Positions 30,626-43,207 of a DNA stretch of 64,000 nucleotides are shown piece after piece. A program made the translations under genes and the position numbers. Origin of the DNA: Escherichia coli (GTDB lineage: Bacteria; Pseudomonadota; Gammaproteobacteria; Enterobacterales; Enterobacteriaceae); assembly GCF_044647545.1 (NCBI RefSeq), contig NZ_CP172818.1, one strand, 5' to 3'. How positions within the stretch are numbered: the stretch's first letter is position 1; each line of letters begins with the position of its first letter. The notes under the pieces are model-generated. The model did not search any database and was not told the DNA's origin. It saw nothing but the letters and a program-made list of their open reading frames with translations.

Positions 30626-30707
30626 GACTCCTCCAGTGAGAAAACAGAGCAAAAAGATAAGTATAGATGCTGGGGGAGGAGCGATTTTAAATGAGAGGAA
30701 TCTGGTG

Positions 30708-30732
30708 TGCCTCCCTTTCGGGGAAAGGGAGG
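30708..30732 (-). terminator. Stem-loop after glnQ (end of glnHPQ operon)
   Basis: gcctccctttc-ggg-gaaagggaggc perfect 11-bp stem just downstream of the glnQ stop. Confidence 0.55.
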
Positions 30733-30737
30733 CTGAG

Positions 30738-31460
30738 TTAAGAGACGTGCTGCAAAAATTCCTGCAAGCGCTGGCTCGGTGGGTTCTTGATCAACACCTG
30801 CGGATCGCCATCTTCCGCAATCCGGCCTTTGTCGATAAAGATCAGGCGCGAAGCTACTTTCTCGGCAAAACCGATTTCGTGTGTCACGATCACCATCGTC
30901 ATCCCTTCTTCAGCCAGATCCTGCATAACCTTCAGCACTTCATGGCGCAGTTCCGGGTCAAGAGCGGAAGTCGGTTCATCAAACAGCATCATTTTCGGCT
31001 TCACCGCCAGCGCGCGTGCGATCGCCACACGCTGCTGTTGACCACCAGAAAGTTCGGAAGGGTAGTGATGTGCACGTTCTGCCAGACCGACTTTCGCCAG
31101 CAGCTCACGCGCCAGTTTTTCCGCCTCTTCTTTGTTCGCGCCACGCACGCGTAGCGGACCAAACATGACGTTTTCCAGCGCCGTCAGATGCGGGAAGAGG
31201 TAAAACTGCTGGAACACCATACCTGCTTCCTGGCGAATCAGGCGCTCGTCAACTTTCGGATCGTTAACCTTCAGGCCATCGACAATCAGATCGCCGGAAG
31301 TGATTTCTTCCAGTTTGTTGATGCAGCGCAGCAGGGTCGATTTACCGGAACCGGACGGCCCGATAATCACCACGACTTCGCCCTGAGCAATGTTCAAATC
31401 GATATTGTGCAGCACCTGGGTTGGACCAAAATGCTTGGAGACGTTTTTAAATTCAATCAC
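30738..31460 (-). CDS. glnQ: Glutamine ABC transporter ATP-binding protein
   Basis: 240 aa with Walker [10 protein letters not shown]. Confidence 0.95.
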
Positions 31461-32116
31461 AGGATTTTCATCCTTCTTTCCAGACGACGCAGAATAAAGC
31501 TCAGCACCAGGGTAATAATCAGATAGAACACCGCCACGGCGCTCCAGATCTCAAGGGCGCGGAAGTTACCGGCAATAATTTCTTGCCCCTGACGGGTCAG
31601 TTCCGCCACGCCGATAACAATAAACAGCGAGGTGTCTTTAATGCTGATGATCCACTGGTTACCCAGCGGCGGCAGCATACGACGCAGTGCCAGCGGTAAA
31701 ATGACGTAGCGAATGGTTTCCCAACGTGAAAGACCGAGCGCCAGTCCTGCTTCACGAAAACCTTTATGAATAGACAGCACCGCACCACGCGTGATTTCCG
31801 CAATGTACGCGCCAGAGTTGATCATGATGGTGACCACCGCCGCAGTAAACGGGTCGATGCGTAAGTCGTTAAACGCCATCGGCAGGGCGAAATAGATAAA
31901 CATCACTTGGACGACGATAGGTGTGCCGCGGATCACTTCAATAAAGACCAGCGCGACGTGGTTGGCTATCCAACCACCGAAGGTGCGTGCAAAACCTGCC
32001 AGCAATCCGATCACCAGGCCGCCAGCCAGACCGAGGACCGAGATCCACAGGGTCATTTTGGCACCTTCAATCAGAAGCGGAATGGCAGGCCAGATGGCAC
32101 TCCAGTCAAACTGCAT
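31457..32116 (-). CDS. glnP: Glutamine ABC transporter permease
   Basis: 219 aa ORF. Confidence 0.95.
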
Positions 32117-32200
32117 ATGTTGTTCCTGTTACCGTGGTGTAAATAATCAAATTCAGGGTAATTAATGGCCCCGGAGCGGGTTTGCGCCCCTCACCCTAAT

Positions 32201-32221
32201 CCTCTCCCCAGAGGGGAGAGG
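32201..32221. repeat. Intra-operon stem-loop/REP-like element between glnH and glnP
   Basis: cctctcccc-aga-ggggagagg perfect 9-bp stem. Confidence 0.5.
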
Positions 32222-32254
32222 GAACTGCCAGTGCGCCTTACAGGCGTAGCGTTA

Positions 32255-33016
<762 letters not shown>

Positions 33017-33055
33017 CTATCCACGGGACGATCCCCTGCGTGACATTCACATATA

Positions 33056-33071
33056 TGAAAAAATCGTGCCA
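33056..33071 (-). promoter_or_regulatory. Sigma-54 (-24/-12) promoter element, glnHp2
   Basis: Minus strand reads TGGCAC-gattt-TTTCA about 55 nt upstream of the glnH start. Confidence 0.55.
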
Positions 33072-33342
33072 GTTTTGCAACTCATTGATTTATCGAGATG
33101 CGGTAAAAACGTGATGCACGATTTATAGGGCAATACCCTGAAGATGCACCATTCTGGGGCACCAAACTGGTGCGCTAAAATTGTGCACTCAACACAGTGA
33201 TTATTTAGCGTAAAACCTGATGAAAAAACAATCTTTATGTAACGATTGTGTGATGATGTGGATACAAAAAATTTACTTAATCAGCTGGAGATAGCAGATG
33301 GATGCACTAAATAAGTGCGTTGAGGTGGGCTGCAAAACAAAA

Positions 33343-33363
33343 CGGCCTCCTGTCAGGAAGCCG
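33343..33363 (-). terminator. Terminator hairpin downstream of dps
   Basis: GC-rich hairpin flanked by T-runs on both strands, about 45 nt after the dps stop. Confidence 0.6.
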
Positions 33364-33404
33364 CTTTTATCGTGTACTAAAGTTCTGCACCATCAGCGAT
33401 GGAT

Positions 33405-34081
<677 letters not shown>

Positions 34082-34206
34082 TTATTTGCTCGCCAGGAAT
34101 TTTCGGAATAAATATGCTTTTGCATAATTCGATATATAAAGACGGTGTAGAGGAAAAGTAGCGAGAAAATCTGCATGGTTATGCATAACCATGCAGAAAT
34201 GTAAAT

Positions 34207-35094
34207 TTAATTTATATCTAATTCTTTTATTTTGCTCTCTTTGCGTACTGTCAGCGTAGAACCCATTGAAGCGGCGATGATAGCGCCGAGCGCCAGCAGC
34301 TGTATGGGTGTCAGTGTTTCTCCGAGGAAAATCATCCCGGAAACGGCAGCCAGCGCAGGTTCCATGCTCATTAGCGTACCAAATGTGCGTGTTGGCAAAC
34401 GGGTGAGGGCAATCATTTCCAGCGAATAAGGCAGAGCGGTCGAGAGAATAGCGACCGCCAGACCCAATGGAATAACCGACCAGTGCCAGAGTGCTTCACC
34501 AGCCTGAAGCGCTCCAATTGGCACGAAAATTAACGCTGCAATCAACGAACCAATTGCCACCGTCGCAGGGCCATGTTCCGCTCCTGCGCGTTGCCCACTT
34601 AAAATGTAAATAGCCCAACAAGCCCCGGCGCCCAGAGCCAGCGCACAGCCGGTTAAATCGACATGGGAAACGTCTTGCCCCAGCGGTAGCAGGAACCACA
34701 GACCAAGAACCGCCAGAACAACCCAGACGAAATCTACCGGGCGACGAGAAGAGAACAGCGCCACCGCCAGTGGTCCGGTGAACTCCAGCGCCACCGCAAT
34801 ACCCAGCGGTACCGTCTGAATAGAAAGATAAAAAAGATAATTCATCCCCCCCAGCGAAACGCCGTAAAACAACAGCGGTAACCGCTGCTCTTTGGCAAAG
34901 CGCAGTCGCCATGGCTTAAAGAACGCGATGAGGATCAGCGTGCCTAATGCCAGACGCAGCGCAGTGACCCCCGGTGCGCCCACCAGAGGAAAAAGTGACT
35001 TAGCTAACGAGGCTCCACTCTGAATAGACGCCATGGCAACGAGCAATATGACTATTGGTAACCAGACCGGCATTTTACGTAATGAACCAGGCAT
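34207..35094 (-). CDS. rhtA: Threonine/homoserine exporter (DMT superfamily)
   Basis: 295 aa from internal Met (MPGSLRKMPVW...). Confidence 0.9.
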   Translation of the reverse strand: MPGSLRKMPVWLPIVILLVAMASIQSGASLAKSLFPLVGAPGVTALRLALGTLILIAFFKPWRLRFAKEQRLPLLFYGVSLGGMNYLFYLSIQTVPLGIAVALEFTGPLAVALFSSRRPVDFVWVVLAVLGLWFLLPLGQDVSHVDLTGCALALGAGACWAIYILSGQRAGAEHGPATVAIGSLIAALIFVPIGALQAGEALWHWSVIPLGLAVAILSTALPYSLEMIALTRLPTRTFGTLMSMEPALAAVSGMIFLGETLTPIQLLALGAIIAASMGSTLTVRKESKIKELDIN

Positions 35095-35446
35095 CCTTTC
35101 TCCCACAAATATCTAAACCTAAGTAAAGCGTGGAGTGTACTGGATATACCCAATGCTGGTTGAGCATTTGTTGAAAAAATTTTCCCCCGTTTTGACTAAA
35201 ATGCGCCAGGATTGATGGAATCATTAGTCTGGTGATTAGGAATAATCTGGATGAATGACAGGGAAAACATGCGTAATACTTACGCAGTTCTCTGAAAAAG
35301 TGATTTAAATTTAGATGGATAGCGGTGTATGGAAACGTTCTGTTACATGAAATGGCCCGTTAGACATCACAAATCGCGAAGAGTTTCCCATTAATTTTTG
35401 ATATATTTAAAACTTAGGACTTATTTGAATCACATTTGAGGTGGTT

Positions 35447-35962
35447 ATGAAAAAAATTGCATGTCTTTCAGCACTGGCCGCAGTTCTGGCTTTCACCGCA
35501 GGTACTTCCGTAGCTGCGACTTCTACTGTAACTGGCGGTTACGCACAGAGCGACGCTCAGGGCCAAATGAACAAAATGGGCGGTTTCAACCTGAAATACC
35601 GCTATGAAGAAGACAACAGCCCGCTGGGTGTGATCGGTTCTTTCACTTACACCGAGAAAAGCCGTACTGCAAGCTCTGGTGACTACAACAAAAACCAGTA
35701 CTACGGCATCACTGCTGGTCCGGCTTACCGCATTAACGACTGGGCAAGCATCTACGGTGTAGTGGGTGTGGGTTATGGTAAATTCCAGACCACTGAATAC
35801 CCGACCTACAAACACGACACCAGCGACTACGGTTTCTCCTACGGTGCTGGTCTGCAGTTCAACCCGATGGAAAACGTTGCTCTGGACTTCTCTTACGAGC
35901 AGAGCCGTATTCGTAGCGTTGACGTAGGCACCTGGATTGCCGGTGTTGGTTACCGCTTCTAA
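35447..35962 (+). CDS. ompX: Outer membrane protein X
   Basis: 171 aa with signal peptide and C-terminal Phe. Confidence 0.95.
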   Translation: MKKIACLSALAAVLAFTAGTSVAATSTVTGGYAQSDAQGQMNKMGGFNLKYRYEEDNSPLGVIGSFTYTEKSRTASSGDYNKNQYYGITAGPAYRINDWASIYGVVGVGYGKFQTTEYPTYKHDTSDYGFSYGAGLQFNPMENVALDFSYEQSRIRSVDVGTWIAGVGYRF

Positions 35963-35980
35963 TCACTTCGGTGATATAAA

Positions 35981-36012
35981 AAATCCGCCTCTCGGGGCGG
36001 ATTTTTGTTTTT
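35981..36012. terminator. Bidirectional rho-independent terminator between ompX and opgE
   Basis: aaatccgcc-tctcgg-ggcggattt hairpin flanked by A-run and T-run. Confidence 0.85.
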
Positions 36013-37594
36013 AAGGTTTCGGGTCGAAAATATCGGTTCCGAGATGGTTGTAATCTACCTTCTGTAACTGGAAGTTGGTGATGTATATCGGCCCGGCTTT
36101 CTTCTCAGATATAAACGGGTATTTGATGTTAATTTCCTTCGCTTTAATTCCCGTCCACTGGGAGAAAAAACCTAAGAAGTCATTGGCTGAGCGGCGGGCT
36201 TTAATCACCCGATGCGCTTTATCGTCGCTCGAAATGACCATAAAAGGCACCTGGAAATTCTGCTGATATTTATCATCATGGGCAAGGTATTGCACGTCTT
36301 TGCCGCGCTCTTTAAAGGCCAGACCGTGGTCAGAAAAGTAAACCAGCGAGAAGCTGCTGCCGCTGTTGCGTAACTGATCGTACAGCTTACGCAGTAAATC
36401 GTCCGTTTGCGTCATGGTATAGAGATAGCACGACGTTTCTTTCGATTGCACAAAGGTTTCGTATTTGCCTTGTGTCCGGTCGCAGGCCTGCGGATGTGAG
36501 CCCATCAGATGTAAAACAATCAGCTGCGGTTGCGAGTGCTCTTGCGCCAGCACTTGAGCGGTCATATCCAGTAACGCTTCGTCTTTCGTGTTTTTATCTG
36601 CTTCAAAATTACCTTCTTTCAGGAAGTACACTTCATCTGCACGTTTGGCGATGCTGGCGATAGCGGTATCGTATTCGCCGATTTGCCCCTGGTTGGAAAA
36701 CCACCAGGTCTGGAAGCCCGCGCGATTTGCCAGGGTGACAAAGTTATCCTGAAACTGTGGTTTGCCATCGACAACGCGATTGAGCGTTAAGCCAAGCGAT
36801 TTCTGCGTGGAGCCACTGGCGGCAATGTAGTCAGCAAATATCAAACCGTTAACGCTGCTGGCAAACGGGGTATTGTCCCAGTGACCGCCAAAGGCACCGA
36901 GGGCATCGCGACGCGCGCTTTCACCGATCACCACCACATAGGTCTGATACTTCGGCTTAACGGCAGTGACCGTCCAGGTATCTTTCATTCCGGAAAGTTT
37001 TGCCATCCGTTCTTGCTCTTCAATCACCTCGTTATTATTGACGATGACATCCTTAGCAAAACGAAATACCGGATAGCCAGTATCTTTCAGTTTAAATACG
37101 CCGCCCCAGGCCAGGTTTTGCACGGGAGCAACAAAAAATGTCGCCACACTGAATACCAGACACAGGCTGTCGAAGGTATTCCAGCGCGCTTTTTCATTCT
37201 CTTTTTTTCGCCTGATTGCTATTACGCCGAGCGCAAAAATAAATAAGCCGACCAGGTAGCTGTACCACGGAAAAATCGTCAGGATTTCGGTCGACTCTTC
37301 CATATTGGTGGAGTGCAATGCCAGCAATGTATTGAAATTAGGCGCGCCGTAGGCCTGAGCAAAAGGGAAATAACAAGCCGCCACCAGCGAACTGACACCG
37401 ACCAGAACTTTTTGTACGCGAGGCAATGTTCGCCATAGCAAAAGCAAAATAGCCGTAAACGCAGCGGTGTAGAGCAAACTGAAGGGATAACCTAAGCCGA
37501 GGTTAATTAATAGCGACTGTAAAAAGTAGAACGCAGTCCACGGGCTAAATACCCGGCTACGGGTAACAAGCGATTCTTTGAGGGTTAAATTCAT
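36011..37594 (-). CDS. opgE: Phosphoethanolamine transferase for osmoregulated periplasmic glucans
   Basis: 527 aa ORF (ybiP). Confidence 0.9.
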   Translation of the reverse strand: MNLTLKESLVTRSRVFSPWTAFYFLQSLLINLGLGYPFSLLYTAAFTAILLLLWRTLPRVQKVLVGVSSLVAACYFPFAQAYGAPNFNTLLALHSTNMEESTEILTIFPWYSYLVGLFIFALGVIAIRRKKENEKARWNTFDSLCLVFSVATFFVAPVQNLAWGGVFKLKDTGYPVFRFAKDVIVNNNEVIEEQERMAKLSGMKDTWTVTAVKPKYQTYVVVIGESARRDALGAFGGHWDNTPFASSVNGLIFADYIAASGSTQKSLGLTLNRVVDGKPQFQDNFVTLANRAGFQTWWFSNQGQIGEYDTAIASIAKRADEVYFLKEGNFEADKNTKDEALLDMTAQVLAQEHSQPQLIVLHLMGSHPQACDRTQGKYETFVQSKETSCYLYTMTQTDDLLRKLYDQLRNSGSSFSLVYFSDHGLAFKERGKDVQYLAHDDKYQQNFQVPFMVISSDDKAHRVIKARRSANDFLGFFSQWTGIKAKEINIKYPFISEKKAGPIYITNFQLQKVDYNHLGTDIFDPKP

Positions 37595-37865
37595 ATGCCA
37601 CTATCGTAACAAACGCCATGTGCTTACCCTGGCGTCAAGGGTCAATACCTGCAAGAGTGCGTGGAGAGGGGAAAGGGGTCCGCATCCGCGAGCCGCAATA
37701 TACGCAGGGCTGCAAGAAGATAGAGCGAGCCGCCGTTCAGGTCAACTACTGACGAACAAATCTTTTGCGAAGGGGATTGCAAATCCGACAAAAAGTGGGG
37801 TTTTTCAGACCAAAACGCGTTGTGCCTGCATAAAAGCAGGAGTGAAGCGGCGTACCGCGACGCCG

Positions 37866-37994
37866 CTATTTATCGGAAGGTTTATCTTGCTGCGGTTTGT
37901 TGTTGACCATATCGCACAACATAGAGAGCAGCATTAACCGTACTTTAAAGGGAGAATGACTAAACACGCGCATACACCTCTTGAACTCATTCAT
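37866..37994 (-). CDS. mntS: Small protein MntS, manganese homeostasis (within the RybA transcript)
   Basis: 42 aa: MNEFKRCMRVFSHSPFKVRLMLLSMLCDMVNNKPQQDKPSDK; absent from the ORF track (below its length cutoff). Confidence 0.85.
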   Translation of the reverse strand: MNEFKRCMRVFSHSPFKVRLMLLSMLCDMVNNKPQQDKPSDK

Positions 37995-38052
37995 AAGACC
38001 TCCTGACTTGCTAATCCCGTCGATCCTTGAGGGATGATTGCATTACATACAG

Positions 38053-38087
38053 ATATAGCACAGGCTATATTATATAGCTATTGCTAA
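38053..38087. promoter_or_regulatory. Putative MntR operator (two adjacent palindromes) between mntS and mntR
   Basis: ATATAGC-acag-GCTATAT followed by ATAGC-tatt-GCTA, 60-90 nt upstream of the mntS start. Confidence 0.6.
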
Positions 38088-38179
38088 AACGTTAATTTTT
38101 TGTACCTTCGCAACTCTGGTTTACAATGTGCGCACGAAATGAGAACGCTATGTATGCGTCACCATAATGAGGAAGCACA

Positions 38180-38647
38180 ATGAGTCGTCGCGCAGGTACG
38201 CCAACAGCAAAAAAAGTGACGCAGTTAGTGAACGTGGAAGAGCACGTTGAAGGGTTCCGCCAGGTCAGAGAGGCGCATCGGCGCGAGCTTATTGATGATT
38301 ACGTTGAGCTGATTTCTGACTTGATCAGGGAAGTGGGGGAAGCTCGTCAGGTAGACATGGCTGCTCGTTTGGGAGTTTCGCAACCGACGGTGGCTAAAAT
38401 GCTTAAGCGACTGGCAACCATGGGGCTGATTGAAATGATCCCCTGGCGTGGCGTGTTTTTAACGGCAGAAGGAGAGAAGCTGGCGCAGGAAAGCCGCGAG
38501 CGACATCAGATAGTCGAAAATTTCTTGTTGGTGTTGGGCGTCAGTCCGGAAATCGCCCGTCGCGACGCGGAAGGCATGGAGCACCATGTTAGTGAAGAGA
38601 CGCTCGACGCTTTTCGTTTGTTTACCCAGAAACACGGTGCCAAATGA
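38180..38647 (+). CDS. mntR: Mn(II)-responsive transcriptional regulator (DtxR family)
   Basis: 155 aa ORF. Confidence 0.95.
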
Positions 38648-39762
38648 GCCTGCCTTTTTTAAGCACGCTGCAAGGCGATCGTTTTTTTCAGTTATTAATT
38701 CTTGTTGGCATCGGATTAAGCTTTTTCGTTCCCTTTGCACCGAAATCCTGGCCTGCTGCTATCGACTGGCACACCATCATCACCTTAAGCGGCCTGATGC
38801 TGCTGACCAAAGGTGTCGAGTTAAGCGGTTATTTTGATGTGCTGGGGCGCAAAATGGTGCGCCGTTTTGCTACGGAGCGTCGGCTGGCGATGTTTATGGT
38901 ACTGGCGGCGGCGCTGCTTTCTACCTTTCTGACCAACGATGTCGCGCTGTTTATAGTTGTTCCGCTGACTATCACGCTAAAAAGACTGTGTGAGATCCCG
39001 GTTAATCGGCTGATTATTTTTGAGGCGCTGGCAGTCAACGCTGGTTCGCTACTGACGCCAATTGGCAACCCGCAAAATATTCTTATCTGGGGACGTTCTG
39101 GTCTTTCGTTTGCCGGATTTATTGCCCAAATGGCACCGCTGGCTGGCGCAATGATGCTGACACTCCTGCTGTTGTGCTGGTGTTGTTTCCCTGGAAAGGC
39201 GCTGCAATACCATACGGGGGCGCAAACGCCGGAGTGGAAACCGCGGCTGGTGTGGAGTTGTCTGGGGCTGTATATCGTTTTTCTGACGGCGCTGGAGTTC
39301 AAACAAGAGCTGTGGGGACTGGTGATTGTGGCGGCCGGCTTTGCGCTGCTGGCACGTTGCGTGGTGCTCAGTGTGGACTGGACGCTGCTGCTGGTGTTTA
39401 TGGCGATGTTTATCGACGTCCATTTACTGACCCAGCTTCCAGCGTTGCAAGGCGTGTTGGGTAACGTGAGTCATTTATCTGAACCCGGGTTATGGTTAAC
39501 GGCAATCGGTTTATCGCAGGTGATCAGTAATGTGCCGAGCACGATTTTGCTGCTCAATTATGTGCCACCGTCTTTATTATTGGCATGGGCGGTAAACGTA
39601 GGTGGCTTTGGTTTATTACCCGGATCGCTGGCAAATTTGATTGCGTTACGGATGGCGAACGATCGCCGTATCTGGTGGCGTTTTCATCTTTATTCGATAC
39701 CGATGCTGTTGTGGGCGGCGCTGGTGGGATACGTTTTATTCGTTATGCTCCCGGCCAACTAG
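38644..39762 (+). CDS. ybiR: Anion permease family inner membrane protein
   Basis: 372 aa; start overlaps the mntR stop. Confidence 0.9.
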
Positions 39763-39775
39763 GGTCTGGCCAAAT

Positions 39776-39808
39776 AAAAAAGGCGGATGATGAGTCCGCC
39801 TCTGTTTT
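39776..39808. terminator. Bidirectional terminator between ybiR and ldtB
   Basis: aggcgga-tgatgag-tccgcct hairpin flanked by A6 and TGTTTT. Confidence 0.8.
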
Positions 39809-39820
39809 ACGTTTTGACGA

Positions 39821-40741
39821 TTAATTCAGACGAACCGGCATCCCAGAACGATTTTTGATCGCTTCATCAAGAACAACCTGGTCAACATCTGGCTGACCGG
39901 TCACTGTCTGCACGCTCTTCGTCAGGGTAATTGGCACAATTTCCTGACCTTCAAACTGGGCTTCGGTGGTAGACAGCGGATTATGGACTTCAATATAACG
40001 GCTGCCGTCTGGCTCGGTGGTCGCTTTTACCGGCTCATCAATAAACTGCACGCGAGTACCGACAGGCACTTTCTCGAACAGGAATTTAATGTCTTCGTTA
40101 CGCAGACGCACACAGCCATGACTTACACGCAGGCCGATACCGAAGTTGGCGTTGGTGCCATGGATAGCGTACAGGCGACCGATGTAGAGTGCATACAGAC
40201 CCATCGGGTTATCCGGACCTGCCGGAACGACAGCCGGAAGCGGTTCGCCCGCAGCGCGGTACTCTGCGTGCATTTTGGCGGTCGGCGTCCAGGTCGGGCC
40301 TGCTTTCTTACGCTCAACTTTGGTGGTCCAGTTGATAGGCGTGTCTTTGCCTAACTGACCAATGCCGATGGGCAGCACGATAACGGTGTTGCTGCCTTTC
40401 GGATAGTAATAGAGACGCATCTCTGCGCTGTTAATGACAATGCCTTCATGAACGGTATCCGGCAGGATCAGCTGCTGCGGAATGTTCAGTACAGTACCGC
40501 CTTTCGGCAGGAAGGTATCCACACCCGGGTTAGCTTCCATCATGTTGGAAAGACCCATCTGGTACTCGGCGGCAAAATACTCCAGCGGCTGAGTGTTACC
40601 TTCAGGAATGGTGATTACCTGATTCTGACCAACCAGGCGACTCCCGTCGGTTGGCAGAGGATAAGTTACCGCAGAGGCGGTACTGCAAAAGCCGACAACA
40701 GCGAAGGCCGCTGCGAATAATGTTTTCAATTTCATATTCAT
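39821..40741 (-). CDS. ldtB: L,D-transpeptidase (links Lpp to peptidoglycan)
   Basis: 306 aa with signal peptide; catalytic Cys in ...RVSHGCVRL. Confidence 0.9.
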   Translation of the reverse strand: MNMKLKTLFAAAFAVVGFCSTASAVTYPLPTDGSRLVGQNQVITIPEGNTQPLEYFAAEYQMGLSNMMEANPGVDTFLPKGGTVLNIPQQLILPDTVHEGIVINSAEMRLYYYPKGSNTVIVLPIGIGQLGKDTPINWTTKVERKKAGPTWTPTAKMHAEYRAAGEPLPAVVPAGPDNPMGLYALYIGRLYAIHGTNANFGIGLRVSHGCVRLRNEDIKFLFEKVPVGTRVQFIDEPVKATTEPDGSRYIEVHNPLSTTEAQFEGQEIVPITLTKSVQTVTGQPDVDQVVLDEAIKNRSGMPVRLN

Positions 40742-40959
40742 GTTAAGCGAGATTTTGTGCCTGGCAGGCCATTGGGTTGAGAATATTAGAGTATTGGAAG
40801 CGCATTATAAGTTCATTCCAGCTCACAGTGAAATCAGATGTGTACGAAATCACATTTTTTGCCTTTGGGAAGAGTGTAGACCTTAAGCGGGGGACGGGAT
40901 CTTCTTTCAGACTTATGGCATAATACGCGGTTTGTCATATCTCTTTTCAGGATACGCCT

Positions 40960-42552
40960 GTGTTAGTTTCCAGTAACGTCACCATGCAGTTCGGCAGTAA
41001 GCCGTTGTTTGAAAACATTTCCGTCAAGTTTGGCGGCGGCAACCGTTACGGCCTGATTGGCGCGAACGGTAGTGGTAAATCCACCTTTATGAAGATCCTC
41101 GGCGGCGACTTAGAGCCGACGCTGGGTAACGTTTCCCTCGATCCCAACGAGCGCATTGGTAAGCTGCGTCAGGATCAGTTTGCCTTTGAAGAGTTCACTG
41201 TGCTGGATACGGTGATCATGGGGCATAAAGAATTATGGGAAGTGAAGCAGGAGCGCGACCGCATCTATGCTTTGCCGGAAATGAGTGAGGAAGACGGCTA
41301 TAAAGTGGCCGATCTGGAAGTGAAATACGGCGAAATGGACGGTTACTCTGCGGAAGCTCGCGCCGGTGAACTGTTGCTTGGCGTGGGAATTCCAGTGGAA
41401 CAGCACTACGGCCCGATGAGTGAAGTTGCTCCTGGCTGGAAGCTGCGTGTGCTGCTGGCGCAGGCGCTGTTTGCTGATCCGGACATTCTCCTGCTCGACG
41501 AACCGACCAACAACCTCGACATCGACACCATTCGTTGGCTGGAACAGGTGCTGAACGAGCGTGACAGCACCATGATCATCATCTCGCACGACCGTCACTT
41601 CCTTAACATGGTTTGTACCCACATGGCGGATCTGGATTACGGCGAGCTGCGCGTTTATCCGGGCAACTACGATGAGTACATGACGGCGGCGACCCAGGCG
41701 CGTGAACGTCTGCTGGCTGATAACGCCAAGAAGAAGGCGCAGATTGCTGAGCTGCAATCTTTCGTTAGCCGCTTTAGCGCCAACGCCTCGAAATCTCGCC
41801 AGGCAACTTCGCGCGCGCGCCAGATTGATAAAATCAAACTGGAAGAGGTGAAAGCCTCCAGCCGTCAGAACCCGTTCATCCGTTTTGAACAGGATAAGAA
41901 ACTGTTCCGTAACGCGCTGGAAGTGGAAGGTCTGACCAAAGGGTTTGATAACGGTCCGCTGTTTAAAAATCTCAACCTGCTGCTGGAAGTCGGTGAAAAA
42001 CTGGCGGTACTGGGTACCAACGGCGTCGGTAAATCAACGCTGTTGAAAACGCTGGTGGGCGATCTGCAACCGGACAGCGGCACCGTAAAATGGTCTGAAA
42101 ACGCGCGCATTGGTTACTATGCTCAGGACCACGAATATGAGTTTGAAAATGATCTGACCGTGTTCGAATGGATGAGCCAGTGGAAGCAGGAAGGCGATGA
42201 CGAGCAGGCGGTACGCAGCATTCTCGGTCGTTTGCTGTTCAGCCAGGACGACATTAAAAAGCCAGCTAAAGTGCTTTCCGGTGGGGAAAAAGGGCGGATG
42301 CTGTTTGGTAAGTTAATGATGCAGAAGCCGAACATTCTGATCATGGACGAACCGACCAACCACCTGGATATGGAATCTATTGAGTCGCTGAACATGGCGC
42401 TGGAACTGTATCAGGGCACGCTGATCTTTGTTTCACACGACCGTGAGTTCGTAAGCTCCCTGGCGACCCGTATTCTGGAAATCACCCCGGAACGCGTGAT
42501 CGACTTTAGCGGTAATTACGAAGATTATCTGCGTAGTAAAGGGATCGAGTAA
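40960..42552 (+). CDS. ybiT: ABC-F family ATPase with two nucleotide-binding domains, no membrane domain
   Basis: 530 aa; Walker [10 protein letters not shown] and GTNGVGKST. Confidence 0.9.
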
Positions 42553-42637
42553 CTGTTGATCTCGTTTCCCAGATCCAGCAGCTGCTGAGGTTGTCATAAA
42601 ACAGGCCGAAGCTAAACGTCATTGCGGCGGGTGATGG

Positions 42638-43205
42638 CTAATGGAATGTGTTGTACAGCGGGTCAGTACTCACGGCGTTGTAGCCCATCGCGTCGAGGTT
42701 ACGCATCTCGTAACGTTTACCGTTGCGTTGCAGGTCGCCGGCTTTATCTCCGAGGCCATAAAAGCGTTCATCTTTACGACGGCTCTGATAGTGCGCCACA
42801 CCGTCACCGTGGGCATTCAGCAGATAAGCGCTGGTCGGTCGGTCATTCACTAACGGCAGCCATTTCGTCTTCGTTGTTACTATAGTGCCACTCCAGCCAC
42901 AGCGGCTGGTGAACGGTGGACCAGTGACTCGGTGGCGATAACCACGGCGTTGTTGTGCTGGTTCAGGTTCATGCGGGCAGGCCAGCCGCTGGACATTTTG
43001 CCGGCCGCGCCCTTCCCGATGGCACATCCTGCTGGAGCAATGCTCCAGGTGCGATCCAGCGCCAGCTCGCCTTTGCGTTTTAACAGCACGCGGAACAGAA
43101 TTCCAGCACGTACAGACGCAATACGCCCGCCATCGACCAGCAGTTCAACGTGGTGGGCAGACTGTTTGAGGTCCAGTTTTTCAGCGTTTCGACGTTGCAC
43201 ATCAC
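42638..43205 (-). pseudogene. Glycoside hydrolase family 31-like N-terminal fragment, frameshifted and 3'-truncated
   Basis: Two consecutive frames: ...HHVELLVDGGRIASVRAGILFRV...NQHNNAVVIATESL then ...RFYGLGDKAGDLQRNGKRYEMRNLDAMGYNAVSTDPLY-stop; same motif spacing as YicI ([23 protein letters not shown]); about 190 aa retained of an expected 700+. Confidence 0.55.
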
Positions 43206-43207
43206 TC

